A DNA stretch of 64,000 bases from IMG/VR virus record IMGVR_UViG_3300023179_004209, positions 231,832 through 295,831 of that record, one strand, 5' to 3'. The position numbers and the translations under genes are program-made. Below, in pieces: positions 16,630 through 26,025 of this stretch (positions are counted from its first letter, which is position 1; every line of letters starts with the position of its first letter). Origin of the DNA: a virus. Its lineage: Duplodnaviria; Heunggongvirae; Uroviricota; Caudoviricetes. The notes beneath the pieces were generated by a model. It saw only the letters and a program-made list of their open reading frames with translations. It made no database searches and was not told the DNA's origin.

Positions 16630-17085
16630 ATGAATAAAAATATTAAAACCTGCCCAAATTGTGACGCATATGAAGTAAAAGGTGAATATCATTCTCTTTT
16701 TGGATGCGGTTCTTACTACTCTGATATGCGAATGGGAACGCCTACAATTACAGAGAAACGAGAAGGTTATAGATTTCACGAAACACTACAGTGCGCTCAT
16801 AACAGAATCGCAGTCTTAAATATTAGACTGCGTAAAGTTGAAGAATATGTTAAAAAACAAACAGAAGTTCCAGAAGTTCCAAAACAAACACTAAAAAGTC
16901 TTGAGGAACATAATAACAAAGCATATAACACTTTTGCCGCAGTCAATAACCTCAACTCTGGCTTTGCTTGTCCAAAGTGTGGAGAAGAATTGTATTATTC
17001 TAATCCCAATGTTATGTTGACAACATATCCTCCTAAACGAGGTGTGCAGTGTAACAAGTGCAATCATACAGATTATGTATACTAA
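16630..17085 (+). CDS. Cys-rich (multiple CxxC) protein
   Basis: ORF with 4 CxxC pairs. Confidence 0.5.
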   Translation: MNKNIKTCPNCDAYEVKGEYHSLFGCGSYYSDMRMGTPTITEKREGYRFHETLQCAHNRIAVLNIRLRKVEEYVKKQTEVPEVPKQTLKSLEEHNNKAYNTFAAVNNLNSGFACPKCGEELYYSNPNVMLTTYPPKRGVQCNKCNHTDYVY

Positions 17086-17087
17086 TT

Positions 17088-17468
17088 ATGAATGAAGCAT
17101 ATATATTTACCATCATTTTAATTGCTGTAGCAGTAATAGCAGTTATTGCATTTATTGTCGGCGTAATAGTAAAATACAAACAAAATAAAGATAACGCAAA
17201 CAAAAAGAAAGTATATATCAGTGATCTAGTAATCACATACTGCGGTGTAGGCACTGCACTAATGAACAAAAGAACAATCTCTTATAGAGATGTAACTGCT
17301 GAAGGTGCTCTAAAATCCAGACAAAAACAACAAGAGATGGCTAATAAAGCACATCAAACATTAGCAACATTATCAGATACAGATATTTTCAATTTTGAAG
17401 GTATTGTTGTAATTCACAAAAATCAATTCATTGCAATTGAACAAGGAACACATACTGAATATGAGTGA
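17088..17468 (+). CDS. membrane protein (N-terminal TM helix)
   Basis: internal ATG; hydrophobic IFTIILIAVAVIAVIAFIVGVIV. Confidence 0.5.
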   Translation: MNEAYIFTIILIAVAVIAVIAFIVGVIVKYKQNKDNANKKKVYISDLVITYCGVGTALMNKRTISYRDVTAEGALKSRQKQQEMANKAHQTLATLSDTDIFNFEGIVVIHKNQFIAIEQGTHTEYE

Positions 17469-17757
17469 TGAGATTAAATCAAGTTGGATTATTATTGAAA
17501 ATGATGATGTTTCTGTTTCAACTATTACACATCTTGCCAAATTATCTGGTTTAGCTAAATCATATTCTGAAGCAAAAAGTTTAATAAAAAGTGGGGGGTT
17601 ATACCTGAATAATAAAAAAATATCTGATATTAATAGAGAAATATCTACAGATGACTTATTATATAATAAATACATTTTGTTACGAAAAGGAAAATCAAAC
17701 TATTTTATATTCAAATTAAATCAAGATGAAACCTCAATGGCCAACACTGCAAGATAG
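17461..17757 (+). CDS. hypothetical protein
   Basis: internal ATG of track ORF. Confidence 0.45.
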   Translation: MSDEIKSSWIIIENDDVSVSTITHLAKLSGLAKSYSEAKSLIKSGGLYLNNKKISDINREISTDDLLYNKYILLRKGKSNYFIFKLNQDETSMANTAR

Positions 17758-17911
17758 ACTAAATCATCCATTAAAAGATGAACTTACAGCTTTACATCAA
17801 CTAAAACAAGTGTTACCATTGTCAAAACAAGCACAAAAATTATATGATAAACTATCTAAAAAATCTATTCAAGAAACCAGAAACAACGCCGGTAGAACAA
17901 CCGAAGAATAA
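17726..17911 (+). CDS. hypothetical small protein (overlaps neighbours)
   Basis: ORF only. Confidence 0.25.
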   Translation: MKPQWPTLQDRLNHPLKDELTALHQLKQVLPLSKQAQKLYDKLSKKSIQETRNNAGRTTEE

Positions 17912-18218
17912 ATATTATTTAGCTAAATATAGATCCAATGTATCTTTACATATTACCTACAATCAACTAGATACAGATGGTTATCACGAATACCGACAAT
18001 ATGAAAATATTGAAAGTGACGATAATGTGGTTTTTCTTGAACAAAAAAATAAATCAATTAAAGCATATCAAGAGGTAATTTCAAATATTAATGAACAACT
18101 AAAAGACAATTCAAGTGAATATATTATGGTGCAAAAAGTATTTCTTTTCAAAAAATCTGACTTTGTTAATGCAAAAATTATAATCAAAGATAATGACCTA
18201 TATGAATCTACCAACTAA
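17844..18218 (+). CDS. hypothetical protein
   Basis: ORF only. Confidence 0.35.
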   Translation: MINYLKNLFKKPETTPVEQPKNKYYLAKYRSNVSLHITYNQLDTDGYHEYRQYENIESDDNVVFLEQKNKSIKAYQEVISNINEQLKDNSSEYIMVQKVFLFKKSDFVNAKIIIKDNDLYESTN

Positions 18219-18873
18219 ACAACCTATTGATTCAGATAAAAAAGAAAAGTTAATTATCTTAAAAAAAGAGATAATTGATTGTTTACAGAAATCAAAGAAT
18301 TTTAAATTGATAAAAGAATATAAGAAAAAATTGACAGAACAATTCTTGTTAGAAGAAGGAGAGGAATTATTAAACAAACTTAAAAAATTAAGAGAACCAA
18401 AACCAAAAAAAGTTGGGTATGGCGTTATTGGTTCTTCAAAGTTAATTATATTAGAAAATAATCCTAAAAAAGGATATAAACTTAATGTTGGAGACAGATA
18501 TAAAGGTGAATATATTGGTAGAATTGGTGATATAGAATATCTGTGTAGTATTTCCGATCATTTAGACAAAATTTCTCGCACAGAAGAAAAATCTACAGAA
18601 AATCAAGTAATTGAAGGACAGATATTTTATCTTGCTAAATTATCAGATACAAATAGTGAAATATACAACATCGTTCAACGATATGTAAACTTTACAAGTA
18701 CATATGGATACGATAAAGATGAAGCCAAAAAAATAAAAGCGGAATGTATAAAAGAAATCAAAGAAATTTATGTGGCTAAAATTGTTAAAAATTATGATGT
18801 TACAAGAATTTCTGAATGGAATCAATACTCAAGAGTAGCTCAAAGAACTACAAAAAATAGATACAGAGGATAA
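18202..18873 (+). CDS. K/E-rich hypothetical protein, N-terminus MNLPTKQP
   Basis: start moved to MNLPTKQP, which is also the N-terminus of the next gene. Confidence 0.5.
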   Translation: MNLPTKQPIDSDKKEKLIILKKEIIDCLQKSKNFKLIKEYKKKLTEQFLLEEGEELLNKLKKLREPKPKKVGYGVIGSSKLIILENNPKKGYKLNVGDRYKGEYIGRIGDIEYLCSISDHLDKISRTEEKSTENQVIEGQIFYLAKLSDTNSEIYNIVQRYVNFTSTYGYDKDEAKKIKAECIKEIKEIYVAKIVKNYDVTRISEWNQYSRVAQRTTKNRYRG

Positions 18874-18878
18874 TTAGT

Positions 18879-19061
18879 ATGAATCTACCAACTAAACAAC
18901 CAGATGTAATTGAACTAACCAAGTCAATCAGAGAAATACACTATCAACTACAATTAGACTACCAAGCTCTAATGTTGAAAGCCACTACTCTACAAGCAGA
19001 AAATGAAGAACTAAAAGAAAGATTGGCTAAAATTGCAGAGAAAATCCAACTTGACATCTAA
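18879..19061 (+). CDS. coiled-coil small protein, N-terminus MNLPTKQP
   Basis: ORF. Confidence 0.45.
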   Translation: MNLPTKQPDVIELTKSIREIHYQLQLDYQALMLKATTLQAENEELKERLAKIAEKIQLDI

Positions 19062-19084
19062 AAAAGTTGTGGTATATTCATAAT

Positions 19085-19327
19085 ATGAAATTATATTCCA
19101 AAAAGAATAAAGAAGATCTATTTGATAGATTTGACATTGATATCCATTTTCCAATATTCAAATGGGGAACAAATTCAGGAAATGAATGGGTAAACGATTT
19201 TCCAACTAAATACATTGATATCAAATTTGATACACAATTAGTCTATAGAAAAGATGTTACCTGGACTTATTTTGAATTGTTGTTTTTAGGATTTGGCTTT
19301 ACTATCACTAAACAAAATAGTTACTAA
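19085..19327 (+). CDS. hypothetical protein
   Basis: internal ATG. Confidence 0.45.
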   Translation: MKLYSKKNKEDLFDRFDIDIHFPIFKWGTNSGNEWVNDFPTKYIDIKFDTQLVYRKDVTWTYFELLFLGFGFTITKQNSY

Positions 19328-19451
19328 AAAATATATGAATAAAAACAAATTAAATCTTAGAGAATTGTTAACAGATTGCTTGAGTGGATTCTTCTGTGGT
19401 GTTCTACTTTATAGCATAATTCTCTGGTTAAAACGATAATACAAACAATAT

Positions 19452-19898
19452 ATGAAATACAGAATTTGGAGCAAAAACGCACAGTGTTATACTCACGAAC
19501 CCTGTTACCCAGGTTCATCACTACATTGTGCATCAAACTATTACCTAGATAGTGATGGTAACATTGTTGACTTTGTAACAACTATTGGTGGTAATCAAGA
19601 CGATGCATCAAAATGTGATGTAGACCAAGAAGCTTATACTATTGAACTATGTACAGGCTTCAAAGCCACTAATGGTGAATATCTGTATGTAAATGATTTG
19701 GTAGAATTTCCGTTGGGTATTAAGACAAGTAAAGGTAAGATAATTTACGACCACTTTTGCTTTTGGATAGTTGAAAAACAAGGCGGCGTACTTAAGTTTG
19801 ACCAAAAGCCGTATACTTATTTGGGTAATTACAACAAGAATCCAGAAATCATCAATGCTCCAATCAAAATTGATAATGGTAATATAGGAGGACATTAA
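19452..19898 (+). CDS. hypothetical protein (possible distant YopX-like)
   Basis: ORF; TNGEYLYVNDLVEF. Confidence 0.45.
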   Translation: MKYRIWSKNAQCYTHEPCYPGSSLHCASNYYLDSDGNIVDFVTTIGGNQDDASKCDVDQEAYTIELCTGFKATNGEYLYVNDLVEFPLGIKTSKGKIIYDHFCFWIVEKQGGVLKFDQKPYTYLGNYNKNPEIINAPIKIDNGNIGGH

Positions 19899-19901
19899 TA
19901 T

Positions 19902-20132
19902 ATGAAATGTATCAAACGAGGAAGACCACCTGAACATAGAATTTGGCACGGAGAATGTCATAATTGTAATTCTGTATTTGAGGCACTTGAAGGTGAACTA
20001 ACTAACATAGAAAACGATTTTAGTTTATGCAAAGAAAATGCCAGATTTGCAAGAGCTATGTGTGAAATATGTAAGAGTAACTTTGTTCTTTATCCAGTAA
20101 AAGCAAACGCACGAGATTTCTATAATAAATGA
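19902..20132 (+). CDS. zinc-finger small protein (CxxC/HxxC)
   Basis: ORF. Confidence 0.45.
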   Translation: MKCIKRGRPPEHRIWHGECHNCNSVFEALEGELTNIENDFSLCKENARFARAMCEICKSNFVLYPVKANARDFYNK

Positions 20133-20232
20133 ATACCAACATTAAATCTGAACAACCCTATACCAGATACTTTTTAACCAACTCAAAAACAAAAGTAGCT
20201 AAAGTAAGAATTGTTCTATTATATAAAACAAA

Positions 20233-20679
20233 ATGAGAGACTTCATTTACAGAATTTGGGACATCAAACAAAAGAAGTATACTATGACCGCTTCACTATA
20301 TGGATGTGAAGGTCTTAGTCATCTTACTCAATGCTTTAACCGCAATGAATCTATCATTGAACAATACACTGGTTTACATGATAGTAAAGGTAACAGAATC
20401 TTTGAGGGAGATATTTTATACTTTGTTGGTAGATATATTTACACAGAACCAGTAGAAGTTATCTATTATGGATCTTCATATGGATGTATAACACATGATG
20501 AACGTGGTGTTCTAAAAGAATATACAGAACTAAATCACATAGTTCAACAATATCATCCAGAAGTTATTGGTAATAGACATCAACTGCCTTGTAAACCAGA
20601 CCACAACGGCGAGTGTATCCATTGCGACTGCTGGTTGTCCGATTGTCCACTTTTGAAAAAAAGTTCCGAAAGCCATTGA
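20233..20679 (+). CDS. YopX-like phage protein (paralog 3) with Cys-rich tail
   Basis: YTGLHDSKGNRIFEGDILYF. Confidence 0.45.
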   Translation: MRDFIYRIWDIKQKKYTMTASLYGCEGLSHLTQCFNRNESIIEQYTGLHDSKGNRIFEGDILYFVGRYIYTEPVEVIYYGSSYGCITHDERGVLKEYTELNHIVQQYHPEVIGNRHQLPCKPDHNGECIHCDCWLSDCPLLKKSSESH

Positions 20680-20704
20680 CTTTTTAGAAAAAGTCTGCGA
20701 TACT
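20676..20704 (+). promoter_or_regulatory. promoter TTGACT-N17-GATACT
   Basis: ATG at 20714; -35 overlaps the previous stop codon. Confidence 0.5.
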
Positions 20705-20713
20705 CTTATCAAG

Positions 20714-20899
20714 ATGAAACACGAAGGTAAGACGATTGAACCGAGGGATATCGTTAAGGCCAACGCTGAAATCTATCGTAACAACGAGTTGATTCGGATG
20801 GAAAAAGAAAACTACAATCGTTGGCTTGCTGTCCATACTGATGAAAAGACCAAGAAAAATCATCCCGACAAAAATGACTTTTTTAATTATGAAAACTGA
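20714..20899 (+). CDS. hypothetical small protein
   Basis: ORF. Confidence 0.45.
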   Translation: MKHEGKTIEPRDIVKANAEIYRNNELIRMEKENYNRWLAVHTDEKTKKNHPDKNDFFNYEN

Positions 20900-21071
20900 T
20901 GAATTTGTTCCGTTCAAGGTTTCAGAAAATATTGACAATTCAACCCCATTCATTGCTCTGAGTGATACTTATCCAAACGACAAGTTTGAACTTTGGACCA
21001 AGGAAAATTGGGAAGAAATGAAAGAAAAAAATTCTGAAAAAAGCGTTGACAGTTTCAAGTCTCTCTGGTAA
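20889..21071 (+). CDS. hypothetical small protein
   Basis: internal ATG; stop inside next promoter spacer. Confidence 0.4.
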   Translation: MKTDEFVPFKVSENIDNSTPFIALSDTYPNDKFELWTKENWEEMKEKNSEKSVDSFKSLW

Positions 21072-21074
21072 AGT
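21046..21074 (+). promoter_or_regulatory. promoter TTGACA-N17-TAAAGT
   Basis: family member; about 45-nt leader. Confidence 0.6.
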
Positions 21075-21120
21075 ATAAAAACAATAAGTTAAACAACAAA
21101 ACATAAAAAATAAAACAAAT

Positions 21121-21402
21121 ATGAAGGATACTACACTCAAGCAGCTCGTTCGTGACCGCAATGGCGATCCCCGTGGTATGGTGATTGCAACCGTGATTAA
21201 TAACACTGTCCGGTTTGGTTGGAGTTATACCAATACCAAGGCGGGTGACCGATTCAATAAGCAAAAGGCATTTGTTATTGCAACTGGTCGTGCTGAAAAG
21301 GGTTGGGGTGTTAATGTTAATGTTCCTCATCGTGTTGGTAAGGTTCTCGGTGAGATGGCTGACCGTTCCGTTCGTTATTACAAGGGTGTTCCCCTCGCTT
21401 AA
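21121..21402 (+). CDS. hypothetical protein, relatively GC-rich
   Basis: ORF. Confidence 0.55.
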   Translation: MKDTTLKQLVRDRNGDPRGMVIATVINNTVRFGWSYTNTKAGDRFNKQKAFVIATGRAEKGWGVNVNVPHRVGKVLGEMADRSVRYYKGVPLA

Positions 21403-21468
21403 TTATTCATCATAAAAAGGTTTAGGGTAATCCTTCCTTTCACAAAACCCCATTTAATTTATACTATT

Positions 21469-21657
21469 ATGGTTGATCTACTAAAATATATATCCGAAGG
21501 AATTACAAATTATCTAATCTTCATATTCACTATTCTGTTTCTATATATCTTTATAGTTGCAATTATCAATGTGTTTTTCAATAAGTTGATTGTAGCCATC
21601 GTTGCGGCCGCAGAAGTGATCAAGTCCAAGAACAAAAAATCTTCCAACGAAGACTGA
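21469..21657 (+). CDS. small membrane protein
   Basis: ORF with long hydrophobic stretch. Confidence 0.45.
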   Translation: MVDLLKYISEGITNYLIFIFTILFLYIFIVAIINVFFNKLIVAIVAAAEVIKSKNKKSSNED

Positions 21658-21677
21658 AAAAAAGTTTGCAGAGAGGC

Positions 21678-21706
21678 TTGACTCTACCCCCACCTTCCCC
21701 TATACT
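21678..21706 (+). promoter_or_regulatory. promoter TTGACT-N17-TATACT
   Basis: ATG at 21716 after CTGTTCCTACG. Confidence 0.6.
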
Positions 21707-21715
21707 GTTCCTACG

Positions 21716-23092
21716 ATGAATTTGAACTTTGAAGGTCTCCTTGAACCGCAGAAAAATCACTGCCTCAACCTCCTCTCCAGTCTCTTCACCAACGGATTTG
21801 CATTCGATGCAAGTCCCACTGGCACCGGCAAAACCTACTGTGCGTCATGGGTCGCCAAGAACTACGGTGCTTCCGTTGTAGTTCTCTGTCCCAAGAGTGT
21901 TCAAAAGAACTGGTTTGACACTCTCAAGAGCTTTGGTGTAGATAATCCTATCGTTATGACTTTTGAACGATTGGTTCGTGGTAATACTGAGTATTACAGT
22001 TTCAATATGAGTGATTATCTTAATCGTAAGACTATTTGGAAGTCTGAAGGTATTGAAGTTAACTTCCCCAAGAATAGTCTGGTTATTCTGGATGAAGTAC
22101 ATAAGTGTAAAGGTAAAAAGAGTCTTGCCGGTGAATGTCTTATTGCACTTAAGAATGCTGGATACAAGTTGTTGATGCTTAGTGCCAGTGCTGCTACCAA
22201 TGTTACTGAAATGAAGGCATTTGGTTATGCCACTCTTCTTCATAATGGTTATGGATATTTTGATTTCTGTAAGGATAACGGTGTTGATTTCAACCGTTTT
22301 GGTGCAATGAGTTGGGATGCAGATGCTCGTAAGTGTAAGGATGGTATGCTTCGTATCCATAACACTCTGTATAACACTGTTAATTGTGCCAGCCGAATGA
22401 ATCGTAAGGATTTTGGTGATATCTTCCCAGATAACCAAGTTATTGCCGATTCTTTTGATCTTGGTTCCAATACTTCTAAGTTGAAGTCTGTTTATGCCGA
22501 AATGGAATATGAGTTGATGAATTTGGAGGAGGATTCCAAGGAATATAGTGAACACGTTTTCGCTATTATTATGAAAGCTCGTCGTAATAGTGAAATTCTC
22601 AAGGTTCCTTCTATGGTCAACTGGATTATTGATATGTACCGTGAGGGTATTAGTCCTGTCGTGTTTGTTAATTTCACTGAAACTTTGGAAGCTATTGAAA
22701 AGCGTCTCATTGAATCTGGTGAGTTTACTGGTAAGATCAGTAAGATTGTTGGTGGTCAGTCTCCTAAGACTCGTAATAATGAGATTGAAAACTTCCAGAA
22801 GGATATTACCCGTGTTTGTTTGGTGATGATTCCCGCTGGTGCTGCTAGTGTTAGTCTTCATGACTTGAATGGTAATTATCCCCGTCATACACTGATTAAT
22901 CCTAGTTACAGTGCTATTAACACTCTTCAATCACTTGGTCGTTGTCATCGTGTTAATGGTAAGACTCCGGTGATTCAACGATTCTTCTTTGCTGAAGGTG
23001 TTGAAATTGAACAAAAGATGCGTCAACGAGTTAGTTTGCGTCTGACCAATCTGGATTGTTTGAATGATGGTGATTTTGCTATTAACAATTAA
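21716..23092 (+). CDS. SF2 DExH-box helicase
   Basis: motif I SPTGTGKT, II ILDEVHK, III SASAAT, VI QSLGRCHR. Confidence 0.75.
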   Translation: MNLNFEGLLEPQKNHCLNLLSSLFTNGFAFDASPTGTGKTYCASWVAKNYGASVVVLCPKSVQKNWFDTLKSFGVDNPIVMTFERLVRGNTEYYSFNMSDYLNRKTIWKSEGIEVNFPKNSLVILDEVHKCKGKKSLAGECLIALKNAGYKLLMLSASAATNVTEMKAFGYATLLHNGYGYFDFCKDNGVDFNRFGAMSWDADARKCKDGMLRIHNTLYNTVNCASRMNRKDFGDIFPDNQVIADSFDLGSNTSKLKSVYAEMEYELMNLEEDSKEYSEHVFAIIMKARRNSEILKVPSMVNWIIDMYREGISPVVFVNFTETLEAIEKRLIESGEFTGKISKIVGGQSPKTRNNEIENFQKDITRVCLVMIPAGAASVSLHDLNGNYPRHTLINPSYSAINTLQSLGRCHRVNGKTPVIQRFFFAEGVEIEQKMRQRVSLRLTNLDCLNDGDFAINN

Positions 23093-23105
23093 TTTATAAA
23101 ATAAC

Positions 23106-23372
23106 ATGAATACCACTCTGATTCCTGTCCGATACAACACTAACCGAAATGTCGCTGTTAATCGGTTGGTTGAAAATAATATCGTTGTCAATCTTGAAAA
23201 CAAAGACGACATTAAATCCAATATTGATCATTATCTGTTTAATGAGTTTTACACTTATGTACTTGTGAAGTTCAATAATACCATGTATATTTGTGAACCT
23301 ATTTCTGTTGAAAACAGGGAATATAGTCGTCGTACAATTAACTGGCATCCTTATGCCGATAAACTTAAATAA
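23106..23372 (+). CDS. hypothetical protein
   Basis: ORF. Confidence 0.5.
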   Translation: MNTTLIPVRYNTNRNVAVNRLVENNIVVNLENKDDIKSNIDHYLFNEFYTYVLVKFNNTMYICEPISVENREYSRRTINWHPYADKLK

Positions 23373-23377
23373 ACATT

Positions 23378-23566
23378 ATGGGAAGAGAAACAATTAAAGA
23401 TGGTAAGATGAATGTAGTTGGTTATGTAGATAAGACCTGTCACGGTACACGAATCAGTGACCGTAACAACAACTACAAAGGGTCATACTACACTAAATCC
23501 AATACCACGGTAGATAAAAGTGGTAAGATTGTAGGTAAAGGCAATCAAACGTTCAGACTCATCTAG
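23378..23566 (+). CDS. hypothetical small protein
   Basis: ORF. Confidence 0.45.
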   Translation: MGRETIKDGKMNVVGYVDKTCHGTRISDRNNNYKGSYYTKSNTTVDKSGKIVGKGNQTFRLI

Positions 23567-23573
23567 TAACACC

Positions 23574-23604
23574 CCCTCAATAATTAACCTTATTGAGGGT
23601 TTTC
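23574..23604 (+). terminator. Rho-independent terminator CCCTCAATA..TATTGAGGG + TTTT
   Basis: 9-bp stem and T-run. Confidence 0.65.
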
Positions 23605-23688
23605 ATTTATAGGGGGGGAGGGGTACCCCCAATAAATAAATAATAAAAAATTAATTGGTTAGATTGTTTGCTTATATTTATAAGCAAT

Positions 23689-24033
23689 ATGACTAAAGAA
23701 CAATTAAAATCATTGATTAGAGAATGTGTTTGCGAAATCCAACAATCATTGGAAGAAAAGAAACAAAAGAAAAAGGAAGCTCCTAAAGCACCAGAACCAA
23801 AAGCTGCAGCAAAACCAGCTCCAGTAAAGAAATTGGTAAAGAAACCAGTTAAAAAGAATTTGGCAAAGGTAGCACCACCAAAGGATAAATTGACCACATT
23901 TGACGCAGTTCAATTGGCAAGAAGAGCAGCTGATGCAGAAAAGAGAGGCAACAAACAAGCTGCTAAGGATTTGAACTTGGCTAAGCAAGCAGCTAACTAT
24001 ATGTTAAAGACTGGTAAGACCAAGGTAGATTAA
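23689..24033 (+). CDS. histone-H1-like Lys/Ala/Pro-rich DNA-binding protein with propeptide-like N-terminus MTKEQLKSLIRE
   Basis: KAPEPKAAAKPAPVKKLVKKPVKK low-complexity basic region; start adjusted to ATG after TATATTTATA. Confidence 0.55.
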   Translation: MTKEQLKSLIRECVCEIQQSLEEKKQKKKEAPKAPEPKAAAKPAPVKKLVKKPVKKNLAKVAPPKDKLTTFDAVQLARRAADAEKRGNKQAAKDLNLAKQAANYMLKTGKTKVD

Positions 24034-24057
24034 TTTCGTTTATATTCATATTGTTTA

Positions 24058-24089
24058 CCGCTTAGATTTAAAAGTCTAAGCGGTTTTTT
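24058..24089 (+). terminator. Rho-independent terminator
   Basis: CCGCTTAGA..TCTAAGCGG + TTTTTT. Confidence 0.7.
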
Positions 24090-24215
24090 ATTATTTATAA
24101 TAAGTCCTGTTTTTATTACTATATTTATATAAACTAAAAATTGACATTGTTCTGTTTCCATAATTTGTTATTAATTTTAATTGTCAATAAATGTAACAAT
24201 AAAAGGAAATAAATT

Positions 24216-25991
24216 ATGGCAATCAATATTTTTACACATATACGTAGAGGTTTATATGATAATGTTTACAATTGTATAGAAAAAGAAAAGGTGGATGTCA
24301 ATCAAAGAGATGATGACACTGGCAATCCACCACTGGTTGTTGCGGTAGAAGAAAACCAAATAGAAATAGTCAGATTACTATTAAACCACGGTGCTGATGC
24401 CAATTGTAAAGATTGGACCAGTAAAAATACCGCATTGGATGTAGCTGAACAAAAAGGTTTCAAAAATATTGCAGAAGTATTACAACAAAGAGGTGCAAAA
24501 TACAGTAGTGGTAGTAGTTTCCATTTAGCTGCAAAGAATGGTGATATCGTTTCTATCGAAGAAATGTTGAATAAAGGATGTGATATCAATGAAGTTGACG
24601 CAGGTAAAGGTTGGACTGCTCTACATTACGCTGTTAATTATGGACAAAAACACTTGGTTGAATATTTGATTATAAGAGGTGCAGATGTCAACAAGAAAGA
24701 TTTCTTGGGTAAAAACAATCCTATTGATGTATTATCCAACACCAATAGAGGTGAAATTGTTAAATTATTGAATAAATACGGTGCTAAATCCGCAGGTGGT
24801 GTTAGTATTCATTTCTGCGCAGAAACTGGTGATTTTGAAGGTGTACAATCATTCTTTGATAAAGATGGTAAAGTTAATGGTAGAGATGAAAAGAATGGAT
24901 GGATGCCATTACATTATGCCGTTAACGCTAACGATGTTGATATGGTGGAGTTTTTGGTACATTTGGGAGCAAATGTTAACGGTGCAGATTTTAAAGGTGA
25001 AATTGCTCCGTTAGACATTGCATTCAAGACTGGGAATGTAGAAATGCAAACATATCTACAATCCAAAGGTGCGCAAAGAAAGAAGAAACATGATACTGGT
25101 GGTGGTGGCAAAGATGTAACCATCTATATTACAGAAGAAGTCAAGAAACAAATTGCAATGTTTATTGAAAAGCGTGAAAAAGAAGAAGCTGCAATAAAGA
25201 AACATGAAGAAGAACAAACTGCAAAAGAACCTAAAAAGAAAGATGCACCAGCTAAGAAAATTAACTGGAAAGATTTCTTGAAACTTAAAGATATTCCAGT
25301 TGTAGAAAAGAAAGAAGAAAAGAAGGTAGAAGTGGTTAAACCCGTCAAACAAATTGTCAAGAAAGTTGAACAAGTTGATATAGAAGTTAAATCCAGTAGA
25401 TTACAATTGGATGTTGAACAAGAAGGTTACATATTCTTCATGGACATTGTTGCTTATAGTAAGAAAACAACTGATGAACAAAAGAAAGCTTGTAAAGATT
25501 TGGGTGCATTGGTTAAGTCTACAATGCAATATAAAACCGCTAATGCTCTTGAAAAGTTAATTATATTACCTACTGGTGACGGTATGGTATTGGGATTCTT
25601 TACTTATTTGGAAGATGCAATGAATTGTGCTATTGCTATAGCTAAAGCAGTAAAGGATAGACCAGATTTACAAATGAGAATGGGTGTACATTGTGGATCA
25701 GTAATTCCAATGGAAGACATCAATGGTAATCTTAACATTAGTGGTGACGGTATTAATTATGCTCAAAGAGTAATGGATGCGGGTGAAAGTAATCATTTAT
25801 TGGTTAGTTCAGCAGTAATGTTAAAGTATGACCGACCACCATATGTTTTGGTAAACGATCTGGGAGATGTAGTTGTAAAACATGGTGTAGTGATGCATTT
25901 GTATAGTTTACATGGTAGTGACTTTGGCAATAAAGCATTTCCATCTAGTAGAGTGAAGAAGGCAGAACCTACTGATTCAATCAAAAAATAG
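24216..25991 (+). CDS. ankyrin-repeat protein fused to class III nucleotidyl cyclase homology domain
   Basis: about 8 ANK repeats (GADANCKD, TALHYAV, PLHYAV...). K/E-rich linker. CHD motifs FFMDIVAYS, PTGDGMV, MRMGVHCGSV, SGDGINYAQRV. Confidence 0.65.
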   Translation: MAINIFTHIRRGLYDNVYNCIEKEKVDVNQRDDDTGNPPLVVAVEENQIEIVRLLLNHGADANCKDWTSKNTALDVAEQKGFKNIAEVLQQRGAKYSSGSSFHLAAKNGDIVSIEEMLNKGCDINEVDAGKGWTALHYAVNYGQKHLVEYLIIRGADVNKKDFLGKNNPIDVLSNTNRGEIVKLLNKYGAKSAGGVSIHFCAETGDFEGVQSFFDKDGKVNGRDEKNGWMPLHYAVNANDVDMVEFLVHLGANVNGADFKGEIAPLDIAFKTGNVEMQTYLQSKGAQRKKKHDTGGGGKDVTIYITEEVKKQIAMFIEKREKEEAAIKKHEEEQTAKEPKKKDAPAKKINWKDFLKLKDIPVVEKKEEKKVEVVKPVKQIVKKVEQVDIEVKSSRLQLDVEQEGYIFFMDIVAYSKKTTDEQKKACKDLGALVKSTMQYKTANALEKLIILPTGDGMVLGFFTYLEDAMNCAIAIAKAVKDRPDLQMRMGVHCGSVIPMEDINGNLNISGDGINYAQRVMDAGESNHLLVSSAVMLKYDRPPYVLVNDLGDVVVKHGVVMHLYSLHGSDFGNKAFPSSRVKKAEPTDSIKK

Positions 25992-26025
25992 TATATATTA
26001 GTAGATACGGTCATATTTATAATGT

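Noticed and set aside
21845-22930. 361-aa minus-strand ORF
   Set aside because: Lies entirely antisense within the helicase gene, which has unambiguous SF2 motifs. Thr/Asn/Ile-rich low complexity.
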